From: an uncultured bacterium
GTDB lineage: Bacteria; CSSED10-310; CAZUFC01
DNA length: 16,034 nt
NCBI GenBank assembly: GCA_964619725.1
Contig: CAZUFC010000166.1
Coordinates: 1-16,034 of the forward strand
Direction of reading: 5' to 3'
This document shows positions 15,670 to 16,034 of this stretch, piece by piece. The position numbers and the translations under genes were made by a program. Under the pieces are notes generated by a model. The model worked only from the letters and a program-made list of their open reading frames with translations. It was not told where the DNA came from and ran no database searches. Position 1 is the first letter of the stretch. Each line of letters begins with the position of its first letter.

Positions 15670-16034
15670 ATCCGCTTTTGCTTTTCTCAGACTTCATATT
15701 CCAGGTCTGACGGATGACGGCTGTCGAATAGCCGGAAAGTTACCAAGGTTACTGATCTCTTCGCCGAAGTATCCGGCCAACGATGCCATAAACATAAAAA
15801 AAAATGCAAACCTGACAAGCCGGCGAAAACCTGAAGATGATTACCGGGAGAACAGGCTTCCACATCGCAAACCGTCAGGAAACGAAAAGCTGGATGTAAG
15901 ACCCGACCTTTAAATCGACCATACCGTGAGAAACAGGCGAAGCGCTTTTATCAGTTGCGGGATAAAATCAGGCTGCTTTATATACTTCAGCATCATTATC
16001 GCAGCCTGAAGAAGCGCACGTCCCTTTATTTCCT

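Noticed and set aside
57-15717. Plus-strand ORFs in the track (e.g. 57-446, 3108-3446, 5298-5840, 7394-7852, 10966-11220, 14791-15252)
   Set aside because: They are antisense shadows of well-supported minus-strand genes with no recognisable motifs; the VGV-rich ORF is the reverse of the PT linker.
15800-15920. Cyclic-di-GMP-I riboswitch-like GCAAAC...GAAA strings
   Set aside because: The required paired stems and downstream conserved motif are absent, and the orientation points away from the adjacent gene.

Overview
Bacterial genomic window; all credible genes are on the minus strand. Two large intact secreted or surface beta-propeller genes (728 aa at 165-2351; 1587 aa FG-GAP/Fn3 protein with an IPTL-CTERM-like tail at 10854-15617) flank a ~7.6 kb integron-type gene cassette array (about 2500-10100). 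The array has six recognisable attC sites plus one truncated one, and no integrase gene is visible in the window (CALIN-like). The cargo is rich in defence and toxin functions: three PIN-family toxin-antitoxin pairs (one VapBC-type, two DUF433-DUF5615), an Mrr-associated protein lacking its nuclease domain, a HEPN-like RxxxxH protein, a TIR domain and two membrane proteins. Four cargo genes carry nonsense or frameshift lesions. The most unusual observation is that joining the sequence before the lone GTTAGGC at 8724 to the sequence after the attC at 4916 rebuilds an empty site (AAAATTTAG^TTGAACTAAACCG). This is 20/22 identical to an unoccupied copy at 4309-4330, and a third copy lies at 5823-5844. 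Both unoccupied copies sit between a promoter and a TA operon. GTAG-type REP elements and a C-terminal remnant of a paralogue of the 728 aa gene are also present. All family calls come from reading motifs by eye; no database searches were run.
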